Shown here piece by piece: positions 14,271 to 26,060 of a DNA stretch of 64,000 nt (the first letter of the stretch is position 1; each line of letters starts with the position of its first letter). Made by a program: the position numbers and the translations under genes. The DNA is from Lytechinus pictus. Its lineage: Eukaryota. The notes under the pieces were generated by a model. The model did not search any database. It saw only the letters and a program-made list of their open reading frames with translations, and was not told the DNA's origin. The DNA lies in the NCBI RefSeq assembly GCF_037042905.1, contig NC_087251.1:31622001-31686000 (forward strand), in the 5' to 3' direction.

Positions 14271-14939
14271 TTAAGTAATTGCATACCTTGGACCGGAGTT
14301 ATTGAAAAAAATCCTCTGGATAATTGAGAAATCTTTCATCGAAGACATTTTCACCTGAGCTGACGGTTTTTCTTGCAAGTTGCCATCTTGAATGTCTCGA
14401 TATATCGCGATTATAACTAGTATCGTTTGTCTTCGTGTAGTGTATCGTATCGTATTATTGTATTTACTTTTATAAGTTATACTTATAAAAGTATATACGC
14501 ATATACTTTTATAAGTTTTTTCTCTGATATTTGTTTGTTAAACTCATCTGGTAGTGGTACGATGCAGTGTCTTAGAATATTATTTCATGATGTGCATAAT
14601 GTATGAGTTTAAGAAATTTGTTCGAATTATTATTTACAATTGTTACTTTGTAAACTGCCTTAATGAAATTTGATTTGAGAGAAAAACCATAAAACATCTT
14701 TTGAAAAAAAGTATTCGTATATTGTAGGTGTGCTGGTGGTAATTCAATTGTTAAACTGATTGCTGGTGGTAATTTTGTTATTTGATTCATTAATTTATTT
14801 TAGTAATTATGGCTGACTACTGGTGTTGTAATTGTGACTGTAATTTGACTGATTATCCTAAAAGAAGAACTTTAAATGCAAAAATGAATCACCGAGATTA
14901 TACAACTGCTGATGCAATTAAATCATTAGGAATTGAAAT

Positions 14940-16326
14940 CAGGGGCGTAACAGGGGTCAGTGGCCAGGGGGGGGGCAAGATCAAAAAAATTTCCGGTCAT
15001 ATCATGGAACAGGCAATGGCGTCATAAAGCAACAACAAAAAATTTGAGGGGTGATATGGTATATTGGGCAAAAATTTTGACATTTTTATTGCAAAAATCA
15101 AATTTTTCGATAGATTTTGACATTTAATGTTAAGAAGATAATATCACATTTCACCCTTCTCTCTTTCCTTTTCTCTCTCTTTTTTTGTACGCCACGGTGA
15201 ACAGGATTTTTGTTATGATTGTGCGCATCAGGGCGAAGCTCTATATGCTTGAGGGGGCCCAGTATGGCGCTTGTGGCAAGAAATAGCTAAATGTAAGTCC
15301 CGATCGAGCGAGCGAGATAGTAAAAAAAATCACCTTTTGCTTTGCTTTACTTTCATTCCTCCTTTTTTTTTGGTTGTAGACCTTTTGGGGCCATAGTCCA
15401 AACTCATCCATACAACAGTGCTTTATGGGTGGGGTCCGGGGCCGAGCCCCGGAACCTCTTGAGAGGCACACCATAGCAAATGTGGGCAGATTTGTAAAAA
15501 GTCGCCAGCGAGCGAAGCGAGCCAGAAAGAAAAATTGCTTTTTTAAATGAAATTCTAATTATCGATTTTTACATCATAGCAAATATCATGTCATATATAT
15601 TTTTTGTTCAAGATCATCTCATTTCGCTGCCTCCTTTATTTTCTTTTATTTCCCCTTGGCTATGGAACCCCCCCCCCCCCCGTACGCTAGTGTTTCAACG
15701 CAAAGCTTAATGCAGGAAGGGTCCATATAGGGGCCCGTTATAGAGCCCTTTAAAGGTTACAGATGAAGAGCCCCCACTGCACGGGGTCTTGACTCTTGGA
15801 CAGAGCCCCCGGTAACTTTGGAGATTTAGCAAGTTTATGACAGACTTTCATACGACATTGTGCTATATATACCATCCATCTTTCTTTCCGCTCGTTATCT
15901 TCAATCCTCGGCAGCCCGGTCATGTTATCTTGTCCCTTTTCTTTATTTTCCAATTCAGATCTTGGCTCATTCCATTCTACCTTAATTTCCCGCTTTTGTT
16001 TGCCTTTTTGTCATCTTTAATTTATTTCCCTAATCATGCTAATGTATTTGTATATCGGGGAGAATTGTTCTTTCTCTCATGTTCTTCTTTCCATCCTTTA
16101 CCCGTTTTCTTTCCGTTTTCCCTTTTTATGTTTTTTCTTAGTTTTATTTTCCCTTTCCCTTTCCTTTCCCTCTTTCCCTTTCCTTTTCCCCCTTTCCTCT
16201 TTTTTTTTCTTTCTTTTCCCCTTCCCTTTCTTTCTCCCCCTTTTTTTCTTTTTCCCGTTTTTTTTTTATTTTCCCGGTGAACTCCAACAGGGGGGGCAGC
16301 TTGCCCCCCTGCCTGTTACGCCACTG
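14940..16326. mobile_element. hAT-like non-autonomous element with 8-bp TSD ATTGAAAT
   Basis: TIR CAGGGGCGTAACAGG / CCTGTTACGCCACTG; identical 8-bp flanks. Confidence 0.9.
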
Positions 16327-17938
16327 ATTGAAATGAGCCCTGATCAAGGATAAAAAAAAATCATTTGCAACAGATGCTCCAAAATAATTTTGAAATTAGC
16401 TGAAAGTAATTCAAGTGTAATAAAAAATAAATCAAAATTAAAGAAAATCAGTAAAATCAATGTCTACTTGGGGAGGAAGGTGAACAGTGTCCATGCATCA
16501 CCTTTTTCTTCGAAGGAAACGGAGACGATTGTCGTCTGCTACCTGTGATCGTAGCGGTTTTGCTCGCATATTTTTTTTTTGGTAATAATATTTATTAATC
16601 ATTCAGTTCAAAATCAAAGTGATGGTACATTGTAAAATATTACAATTCAATATTAACAAAACACTGTTCACAAAAGACAAATAATTATCCATAATACAAA
16701 TAATCGTACAAAATGTCATGGTATTAACATATTCATATAGTGGATAAATTCAGTAACAAAAATTAACCATTTATAACCAATATAAATTCACAAAATCATA
16801 CAATAGTTATGCAGAAAATTGATTGCTCAACATTGATTTGAATGAAATTTATAATATAAAAAAAAAACGGAAAAAGGGTTCGAGTGCTCACTCCCCACAC
16901 ACGCCCATAAAAGAACGAAATCGCTCTCACACCCAACCCCCCCCCCCCACACACACACAGACAAGACACAAAACAATTAGACAGTACAAAAAAGCAAAAC
17001 AATACAAAAAAATAAGAAAAGCAGAAGGAAAGAAAGAGAGAGAGAAGAGAAAAAAGAAAAAAAAAAGAAAAAGAAAAAAAAAAAAAAGAAAGACAGAAAG
17101 GAGAGAAGTAACATGCAAAGTAAAGAAGACAGTTTATAGTGACAGACAAGACCAGCCAACCCCGCACGTGTGCAAACCGGCTAAAGCCATCCCTTCCTCA
17201 TCCTCCTTAATTAATTTTTTAGGTGTTCCCACTTTTTATAGTGCTGTGTTAATGTTTTTAGCTCTATAGCAATTTTCTTTTCTTCTTTACTTTTAAAAAG
17301 CTTTACTTGTATCTCTTCAGCAGTTGGTAGTTTATGATTCCCCCCTTCCATGATATATAAAAAATTTGATAAGTAAAATGATATGATTTAATAATCGTCT
17401 ATTTTCTGTTGTCTCTAATTCTAATCCAACATGGATATCCTTCCACTGTAAGCTTTTAAGAATCGAAAATTTTAATATATATTGCTACACAGTCTCCATA
17501 ATACTTTAACCATTTCACATTCATAAAAAATATGTCTACAAGTTTCTTCATCTTTACCGCACAGGGCTCCACACTAACCCTTTTTTTCTACTGGTCCAAC
17601 CTATTCATGTCGGACCAGTAGATACCCAGTTTTTCAATTTTTTACTGGTCCGAACCTAAAATCTACTGGTCCCAAAAAATAAAGAAAACATTAAAAAAAG
17701 GCGTGAGTTTATTTTGCTGTCCTTTCTTGTTACCCCCCCCCCAAAAAAAAATGAAGGAATGAATGAATGAAAGACAAAAAGAAAGAAAGGAAGAAAGAAT
17801 AAAAGAAAGGAAGGAAGGAAGAAAAAAGCAAAGGTAAAGAAAGGATAGATGTGAAGGAAGGAAAAAAAGAAAGAACTAAAGAAAGAAAGAAGGAAAGGAA
17901 GGAAAGAAAGAACAAAAATAAGAAAGAAAGGACAAAAG

Positions 17939-18892
17939 AAACAAGTGGAATGCCTCTGGCCGTCTCACCTGCATCACGCGATTCAATATAGCAGCAGTGC
18001 TGATTTTGAAAACTACTATAACTCGCACAAGATGTTCAGTGATACTTGGTTACTCTTATTTCCACGTTTTATGAACTAGACCAATACACTTATAGAGATA
18101 TGATGGCAATTCAACAAATACCTCCAACGTGGCCAAAGTTCTTTGACCTTACATGACCTTTGACCTTGATCATGTGACCTGAAACTCGCACAGGATGTTC
18201 AGTGATACTTGATTACTATTATGTCCAAGTTTTATGAACTAGACCAACACACTTTCAAATTTATGGCTGTAATTCAACAAATACCCCAATTTGGCCAAAG
18301 TTCATTGACCCTAAATGACCTTTGACCTTGATCATGTGACCTGAAACTTGCACAGGATGTTCAGTAATACTTGATTACTATTATGTCCAAGTTTCATGAA
18401 TCAGATCCATAAACTTTCAAAGTTATGATGGTAATTCAACAGATACCCCCAATTCGGCCAAAGTTCATTGACCCTAAATGACCTTTGACCTTGGTCATGT
18501 GATGTGAAACTCATGCAGGATGTTCAGTGATACTTGATTAACCTTATGTATAAGTTTCATGAACTAGGTCCATATATTTTCTAAGTTATGATGACATTTC
18601 AAAAACTTAACCTTAGGTTAAGATTTTGATGTTGATTCCCCCAACATGGTCTAAGTTCATTGACCCTAAATGACCTTTGACCTTGGTCATGTGACATGAA
18701 ACTCAGGCAGGATGTTCAGTAATACTTGATTAACCTTATGGCCAAGTTTCATGAACTAGGTCCATATACTTTCTAAGTTATGCTGTCATTTCAAAAACTT
18801 AACCTCAGGTTAAGATTTGGTGTTGACGCCGCCGCCGCCGTCGCCGTCGGAAAAGCGGCGCCTATAGTCTCACTCTGCTATGCAGGTGAGAC
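17939..18892 (-). mobile_element. Helentron-associated (HINE/DINE-1-like) element with ~162-bp internal tandem array
   Basis: SubTIRs GTCTCACCTGCAT / ATGCAGGTGAGAC, short GCC-AGA-GGC stem near the end, insertion in an A-run, (GCC)n tract, about five TGACCTTTGACC units. Confidence 0.8.
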
Positions 18893-19990
18893 AAAAAAAG
18901 GAAGGAAAGAAAGAAAGAAAGAAAGAAAGAAAAAAAAAAGAAGGAAAGAAATGATGCAAGCAATAAAGAAAGAAAAAACAAAAGACAGAAAGTAATGAAA
19001 AAAGAAAAAGAAAGAAGGAAAGAAGCAATAAAACAAGAAAGAAAGGGTAAAAGGAGAGATGGAAAGAAGGAAAAAAGAAAGAATAAAAGAAACGAAGGAA
19101 AAAAAAAGTAAAGAAAAAATGTGAAGGAAGGAAAAAAAAAACCAAAGAAGGAAAGGAAGGAAAGAAAGAACAAAAGAAAAAAAGAATGAAGGAAAGAAGG
19201 AAAGAAATGAAGCAAGCAATATAGAAAGAAAGAACAAAAGACAAAGTAATGAAAGAAAGAAGGAAAGAAGGAATAAAAAAAGAAAGAAAGGGTAAAAGGA
19301 GAGATGGAAAGAAGGAAAACAGAAAGAAAGGATTGAAGAAGGAAGAAATCAAGAAAAGGGAAAATGATAGAAGGAAAAAAGAATGTTGGGAAGGAATAAA
19401 GAAGGAAGGAAGCAAGCAAGCAATATAAAAAAAAAGAAAATGTAAAAGAATAAATGAAAGGAAGAACAAAAAAGAAATACCAAACTTCAAAGAAAGAAAG
19501 GAAAGGAAGCAAGCAGTAAATAAAAGGAAGAAAGAAAAGGTAAAAGGATAGATGGAACAAAGGGGAAAAAGAAAGAACAAAAGACAAAGAAGAAAGGAAG
19601 GAATGAAAGAGAGAAAGGGCTGAAAGAAGGAATAAAAACAAGAAAGGGTAAAGAAAGGATGGATGGAATGAGGAAAGAAAGAAAGTAACAAAGAATGAAG
19701 GAAAGAAAGGGGAAAAGAAGGAAGGAAATGAAGAAAGAAAGAAGAGATAAATATAGGATGGATGGACTCAAGAATTAAAGAAAGAAGGAAATCAAAAAAG
19801 AAAGAAAAAGAAAGAGCATTAGAAATAGAGAAAAATATTAACAGGACAGAAAGAATGAAAGAACGAAAGACAAAGAAAAAGGGAAAATTAAAAAAGAAAG
19901 ACAGTAAAAGAAGAGAGGGAAGAAACAAAGAAAGATTGAAAAGAAAGAAGAAAAGAAAGATTGAAAGAAAACAAAGGAAGAAAGCTAAAA
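18893..19990. repeat. GA-rich low-complexity (GAAA/GGAA)n tract
   Basis: ~1.1 kb of purine-rich degenerate microsatellite; also at 17745-17938. Confidence 0.95.
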
Positions 19991-21888
19991 CTATCATCAT
20001 AAATAAATTATCAGTTTCTTTTTGGCTCAATTAAAATATACTAGTACTAGCTACGAAAGAAACCAAGTGTATCAACACACACACAAATGCATATGTGGGG
20101 CTATCATGTATTCAGACGATATCACTCGAAACCCGATCTCTTTGAACTAAAACAGAAGTGAAAATTTCTCCTTTTACTGCTTACAAATGACAGAGTTACC
20201 CCGATTTTGGCAAATTTTTAGGAAATATGGACATTATAAGAGCTTTTCATTAGTGTGAAATGTGAATTTTGACAGTTCTGTGAGAGATTTCTGCCAGAGG
20301 TTAGCCAAGCTTCGTTCGTGCAGCCAGTAGGAAATTTACCATGTGGGCTATGTGGCTGGCTAGCCATGTGTACACTGTATGTTACCCTATTAAAAATTGC
20401 ATGCGATTCATTCTGTGTGTGTTCTGTGTGTGAATGCCAGAATTTAACGGGAGGAAAATGGTTCGCAATTTGAGTCATGGAATATTTTTCATGTTTATGT
20501 TGGACTAGCGAATTTGACCATTTCTGAAAAAGTTACTGGCCCAACAATAGTTTTTATTACTGTTTATGTCGGACCCATAAATCTTGCTATTTTTGGAAAA
20601 ATTACTGGCCCGACAATGATATTTTTTACTGGTCATGTCGGACCAGTAAATCTTGCTATTTCTGAAAATCTACTGGCCCGACAGTGATTTTTACCGGTCT
20701 GGGACCGTCGGACCGGCGCTAGTGTCGAGCCCTGCGCAAAAAGAACATTCATTACTCGATACGAATCGAAACCTATGTAAATGGTGGTTAGCAAAGATAT
20801 TATTGTATTATAATTTATATTGAAAATCTCTAAGCTTATTATCTAATGTGCAAAATCTTGGACGATAAAATACATTTTCGATTTCTTTTTTCAGGCATGT
20901 TATATGACGATTCGAGATTGTAAAAACTGACAAGAGTGTCGGCAATCTTGTTTACATGATCTATACAGCTGTTTTGAACAAACTAACTCAAACTGGAAAA
21001 CATTTTTAAAGAAAATAAATTCAATCTTCAAACCATCAACTAAGGTATTATTTTTTAATTCGACTTTCCATTCTACAGGAACATGTGCAAATATTTCATT
21101 AATTGTTACTATATCGTCGTCATTTAGACCCATAGATCTAAAATTGATTTAAGTTCACCATGTTCATCTACAATATGGTGCAATTTGTATGTGTTTTTTA
21201 AGAAAATATTTTCATGAAAATACGCTTTTCCTTCATTTTTAATATGGAGCAGATCGTATAATATCGAAAGCAATATCGATATCACATTCGTAAATTGTTG
21301 ACACCCTCTCCGTTCGTGGGTAAATATCTCATATTTTGGCTGCCATTTTGGGGGTGATGCTGGAGACCAAGACAAGTAAACATCGGTAAAGTACCTTTTT
21401 CATACCTTTTGATCTATTTCGTTGACATTTAATTATTTATTATACCGGTATTTAAGATAGAATGTTTGTAGTTTATAAATCCTAAGGCTAAGACTGTAAA
21501 TTCGATTATAAAAAAGTATATTGAAGTCTGGACAGTTAATCGGCAAATGGGAGGATGTGATAACACATGCGAGCTCACACTAACACACTACCGTCGGTGA
21601 ATGGGGATGATAGTAAAATGTCAGAAATTGTTGAATAAATCCCCAGAAACGACGGTTATTCCTGTCTAACTTTTCCTTAGCTTTTTTGAGGGTCCAGTTT
21701 GTGCCTCGCCCTCGACGCAATGTCAGGATTCTGCGTCCCGATAGACCTTCATCCATATAGTCGAGGTAAGTGCATAACTTATTTTTCCCCTTTTATTTGG
21801 AGTGCTATTGCGACCCCATTCTACCCCATTTTGGAGAGTAGTCTGCCTCGTATTACACAGACGATCGAGTCCCGGGCTCCCTGGTTCC

Positions 21889-22416
21889 TAACCCAGAGAG
21901 CTCCCGTCCGCGCAGCGGGCGGGAGCCCAGAAGCTCACAGTGTATTCTACCATTGCCACCGGACAAGGGTGATTTATGGTCTAAATATTTCTCCAAATGA
22001 ATTGTGAAAACAAAAAGTGTACAATTACCACGATTATATGGATGAAGGTCTAGCGAGTGGCAGATTCCTGACATCTGAGCACAGTCTGGAACCTCAAAAA
22101 AACGAAAAGTTCTCTGCTTCTACCCCGTCTCGATCGGCCATTTTTGTTAAAAATCGTAACAAAACGGCCGATCGAGACTGGGTAGAAGGAGAGAACTTTT
22201 GGTTTTTTTGAGGTTCCAGACTGTGCTCAGATGTCAGGAATCTGCCACTCGCTAGACCTTCATCCATATAATCGTGGTAATTGTACACTTTTTGTTTTCA
22301 CAATTCATTTGGAGAAATATTTAGACCATAAATCACCCTTGTTCGGTGGCAATGGTAGAATACACTGTGAGCTTCTGGGCTCCCGCCCGCTGCGCGGGCG
22401 GGAGCTCTCTGGGTTA
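21889..22416. mobile_element. 528-bp near-perfect palindromic element (AcademH-like) with 9-bp TSD CCTGGTTCC
   Basis: Arms symmetric about 22152/22153; TAACCCAG...CTGGGTTA termini; CCTGGTTCC at 21880-21888 and 22417-22425. Confidence 0.85.
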
Positions 22417-23879
22417 CCTGGTTCCCTGGGTTAACACCATGGCATTTGTGCCCCGCGCACAGCTCAGCCGGCGTGCCGTGGGGCGAGCGGTGCTTAGAAA
22501 GCGGACAAGCTAGCCTTAATTTTCATAATCAGCTTAAAAAAAATAGTATTGATGGTTTTTTTTAGCAACTTACCGGTGACCCAAAGCGAATTTGTTACTT
22601 CCAGTTTGTGCGTGAATATGTGACTGTCTAATCAATCCCAAACTGCAAAGATTTAATTCATAAACTGACCCGACGATTTTCAGCATAACAAATTTCATCA
22701 TAGCGACGACAGAGGGCGATATCACTCAATTTTTCACCTTTTCGTCAACTTTTGACTGTTTCATCCACTGATCTGAATAGTATTCAGTGGTTTCATCTTT
22801 GCGCTAGATTTCCTTCGTAGTGTTTCATTAAGGTATCACACCTGAAAATATTTCCCCATACATACGCGTGTTAAATAGCAGAAGACAAAAAATCATATGA
22901 ATTAAAGATAGAATTAGGGGCACTAATACTCCCAGTAGACAGGAAATATATCTGAGATCTGCTGACCTGCCCATTAAAAAATAAAAAAATCAACATCATG
23001 GAAACACCTCCTGATGAGATCTCATTCATCTTCTGAAACAATATTGAGCAAAATTTGTTGAGGTGGTCGCTCATGGTGAAAGGGCAAAATTTCGCAAGCG
23101 AGCACAATATTGACATTTCTATTACAAAATCTAAGTTTGTGATAGAGTTTGACATAATATTAAGAGAATAATATATTTCACCTCTTTTCCTTTATTTTCT
23201 TTCTTGTTCATGAATGGGGGGAGGGGGTCATCCCCCCCCCCCCCCCCCCCAGCATCAGCCCTGATTCATCCACCATTCCTCAGTCAAAAAGTTTCAAAAG
23301 TAAAGTAATATTTCTTTGCCATTTGGATGTTAAATGATTTTGCTCTTACTATAAAATCAATAGGTTGCGAATTATAAATGCAGTATGTACTGTCGATCAG
23401 ATTTATAACAAATGATAAAATCTTGCGGTTGAGTCAAATTAATATTTAACATAATAAATTAATATATAAGTTCTAACAAACAAAATGAAAAAAAATGATT
23501 CTAGAAAGCAAATTATTACAAAAGCTGTATAGAGCATAGATCAACCACAAACATATATTAGACAGTTGAAATCCACCTGTTTCGAGTTTTTAAACATTTT
23601 GTTTTACTAGTTTCACTTTTGGAACAAGATGTATCAGTGAAACAATCAAAGAAAGAGAGACTGAAGCTTACAGTCTAAGAAATCTTTCTACAGAAGAGTC
23701 ATTAGAGTGAAAACATAATAGGCATTGATCAAGACTGAGCTTGAGGCCTTGAAATTTCAGTTGAAAAGGTTTTCAGAAGTTGGCTCGCAGATTATTCTTT
23801 TTGCTTCCTATTTGTACAAAGCTAGAGAGCTTTGATCCCCCTATCTCTCTCTCCCCCCTTCATCCTCCTTATCATCCAC

Positions 23880-26060
23880 TCATTCATCCTTTCTGAGCTC
23901 ATATATCTCTCTCTCCTTTTCAATCCATCTCAGTCTCACCCTAACCCCTCCGCCCTCCCTCAATCAACTTTTCTATCATCTGTTTCTCTTCCCCCTTTCT
24001 CTCTCCTCATTCCATCTCAGTCTGACCCTGACCCCCTCCCTCAATTTGCTAGCTGTTCTACATTTTGTTTCTCTCTCCGGCCCTCCTCATTCCATCTCAA
24101 TCTCACCCTGACCCCCTCCCAATATACTTTCCTATCATTCTCCACGGACTCCACCCGCCTCTCTCTCCTCATTCCATCTCAGTCTCACCCTGACCCCCTC
24201 CATCAATTTACTTGTCTATGTTTCTCTTCACCCCCCCTCTCTCTCTCTGCTCATCATCCATCTCAGCCTCACCCTGACCCCTCCCTCAATCTACTTCTCT
24301 ATCATCAGTCTGTTTCTCTCCCCACCCTCCTCTCTCTCCCCATTCCATCTCAGTCTCATCTGTTTATCGACCCGTCTCACCCTGACTTCTCTCTCAATCT
24401 ACTTTTCTATCATATGTTTCTCTCTCCACCCCTCCCCCTCTCTCCTCATTCCATCTCAGTCTCACCTTGACCCCCTCCATCAATTTACTTTTCTATCATA
24501 TGTTTTTCTCTCCACCCCTCCCCTCTCTCCTCATTCCATCTCAGTCTCACACTGACCCCCTCCATCAATTTACTTTTCTATGTTTCTCTCCACCCCCTCT
24601 CTCTCCTCACTCTGTCTCACCCTGACCCCTCCCTCAATCTACTTTTCAATCTCCTGTTACTCTCTCCAATATCCACCCCCCCGTATTCCATCTCTGTCTC
24701 ACCCTGAACCCCCCGACTCTCCCTTAATCTACTTTTCTATCATCTGTTTCTCTTCACCCCCTCCTCATTCCATCTCAGTCTCACCCCGACCCCTCCCTCA
24801 ATCTACTTTTCTATTATTATTCTGTTTCTCTCTCTACGCCCAACCCCCTCCTCCTTCCATCTCAGTCTCATCCTGACCCCTCCCTCAATCTAATTTTCAA
24901 TCTCCTGTTTCTCTTTCCACCCCCTCTCTCTCCTAATTCCATCTGTCTCCTCCGTCAATCTACTTTTCAATCTTCTGTTTCTCTCTCCACCTCTCTCTAT
25001 CTCTTCTCATAGAAAATACTTTTCTATTATCATTCTGTTTCTCTCTCTACGCCCAACCATCTCTCTCTCCTCCTTCCATCTCAGTCTCATCCTGACCCCT
25101 CCCTCAATTAATCTACTTTTCTATCATCTGTTTTTCTCTCTCCACCCCCCTCTCTCCTCATTCCATCTCAGTCTCATCCTGACCCCTCCCTCAATTAATC
25201 TACTTTTCTATCATCTGTTTTTCTCTCTCCACCCCCCTCTCTCCTCATTCCATCTCAGTCTCATCCTGACCCCTCCCTTCGCTCAATCTACTTTTCTATC
25301 ATCTGTTTCTCTCTCCACTCCCCCTCTATCTCTCCTCATTCCATCTCAGTCTCACCCTGACCCCTCCCTTCGCTCAATCTACTTTTCTATCATCCGTTTC
25401 TCTCTCCACTCCCCCTCTCTCTCCTCATTCCATCTCAGTCTGACCCCCTCCCTCAATTTGCTAGCTGTTCTACATTTTGTTTCTCTCTCCGGCCCTCCTC
25501 ATTCCATCTCAATCTCACCCTGACCCCCTCCCAATATACTTTCCTATCATTCTCTACGGACTCCTCCCGCCTCTCTCTCCTCATTCCATCTCAGTCTCAC
25601 CCTGACCCCTCCCTTCGCTCAATCTACTTTTCTATCATCTGTTTCTCTCTCCACTTTCCATCTCTCCTCATTCCATCTCAGTCTCATCCTGACCCCTCCT
25701 TTTGCTCAATCTACTTTTCTATCATCTGTTTCTCTCTCCACTCCCCCTCTCTCTCCTCATTCCATCTGTCTCACCCTGACCCCTCCCTTCGCTCAATCTA
25801 CTTTTCTATCATCTGTTTCTCTCTCCACTCCCCCTCTATCTCTCCTCATTCCATCTCAGTCTCACCCTGACCCCTCCCTTTGCTCAATCTACTTTTCTAT
25901 CATCTGTTTCTCTCTCCACTCCCCCTCTCTCTCCTCATTCCATCTCGATCTCACCCTGACCCCCTCCCAATATATTTTCCTATCATTCTCCATGGACTCC
26001 ACCCGCCTCTCTCTCCTCATTCCATCTCAGTCTCACCCTGACCCACTCCTTCTATTTTTC
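23880..26060. repeat. CT-rich minisatellite, ~75-80-bp unit
   Basis: Repeating CTCCTCATTCCATCTCAGTCTCACCCTGACCCCTCCCTCAATCTACTTTTCTATCATCTGTTTCTCTCTCCAC, roughly 25-30 copies. Confidence 0.95.

Larger units (their letters stand above)
17562..20734. mobile_element. Non-autonomous TIR element (CAGGGCTC termini, P-like) with CGCA duplication
   Basis: TIR CAGGGCTCCACACTA / TAGTGTCGAGCCCTG; subterminal TACTGGTCC/GGACCAGTA repeats; CGCA on both flanks. Confidence 0.85.
16572..21530 (-). mobile_element. 5'-truncated L1/Tx1-like LINE (ORF2 C-terminus, 3' UTR and poly-A), split by the 17562-20734 insertion
   Basis: Removing the insert restores SNECSFCGKDEETCRHIFYECEMVKVLW (zf-RVT-type CxxC...H...C knuckle); T-run and TTTATT at 16572-16596; frameshifted ORF pieces at 20900-21375. 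Confidence 0.8.

Noticed and set aside
15837..17269. Hydrophobic or basic ORFs of 100-150 aa
   Set aside because: Derived from T-rich/A-rich simple sequence in a hAT-like element and the LINE 3' UTR.
17990..18790. Regularly spaced repeats suggesting a CRISPR array
   Set aside because: Whole monomers repeat with no unique spacers; eukaryotic context; no cas genes.
18862..20034. Long F/L/S-rich and K/R/E-rich ORFs (up to 386 aa)
   Set aside because: Artefacts of the (GAAA)n low-complexity tract.
22017..22434. Near-identical ORF pairs on opposite strands
   Set aside because: Mirror images produced by the palindrome; no protein motif.
22440..22760. GC-rich block with a minus-strand GTAAGT donor (~22570) as a first exon
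   Set aside because: Adjacent to transposon fragments, with no ORF or partner exon; unsupported.
23832..24876. P/S/L-rich ORFs
   Set aside because: Translations of the CT-rich minisatellite.
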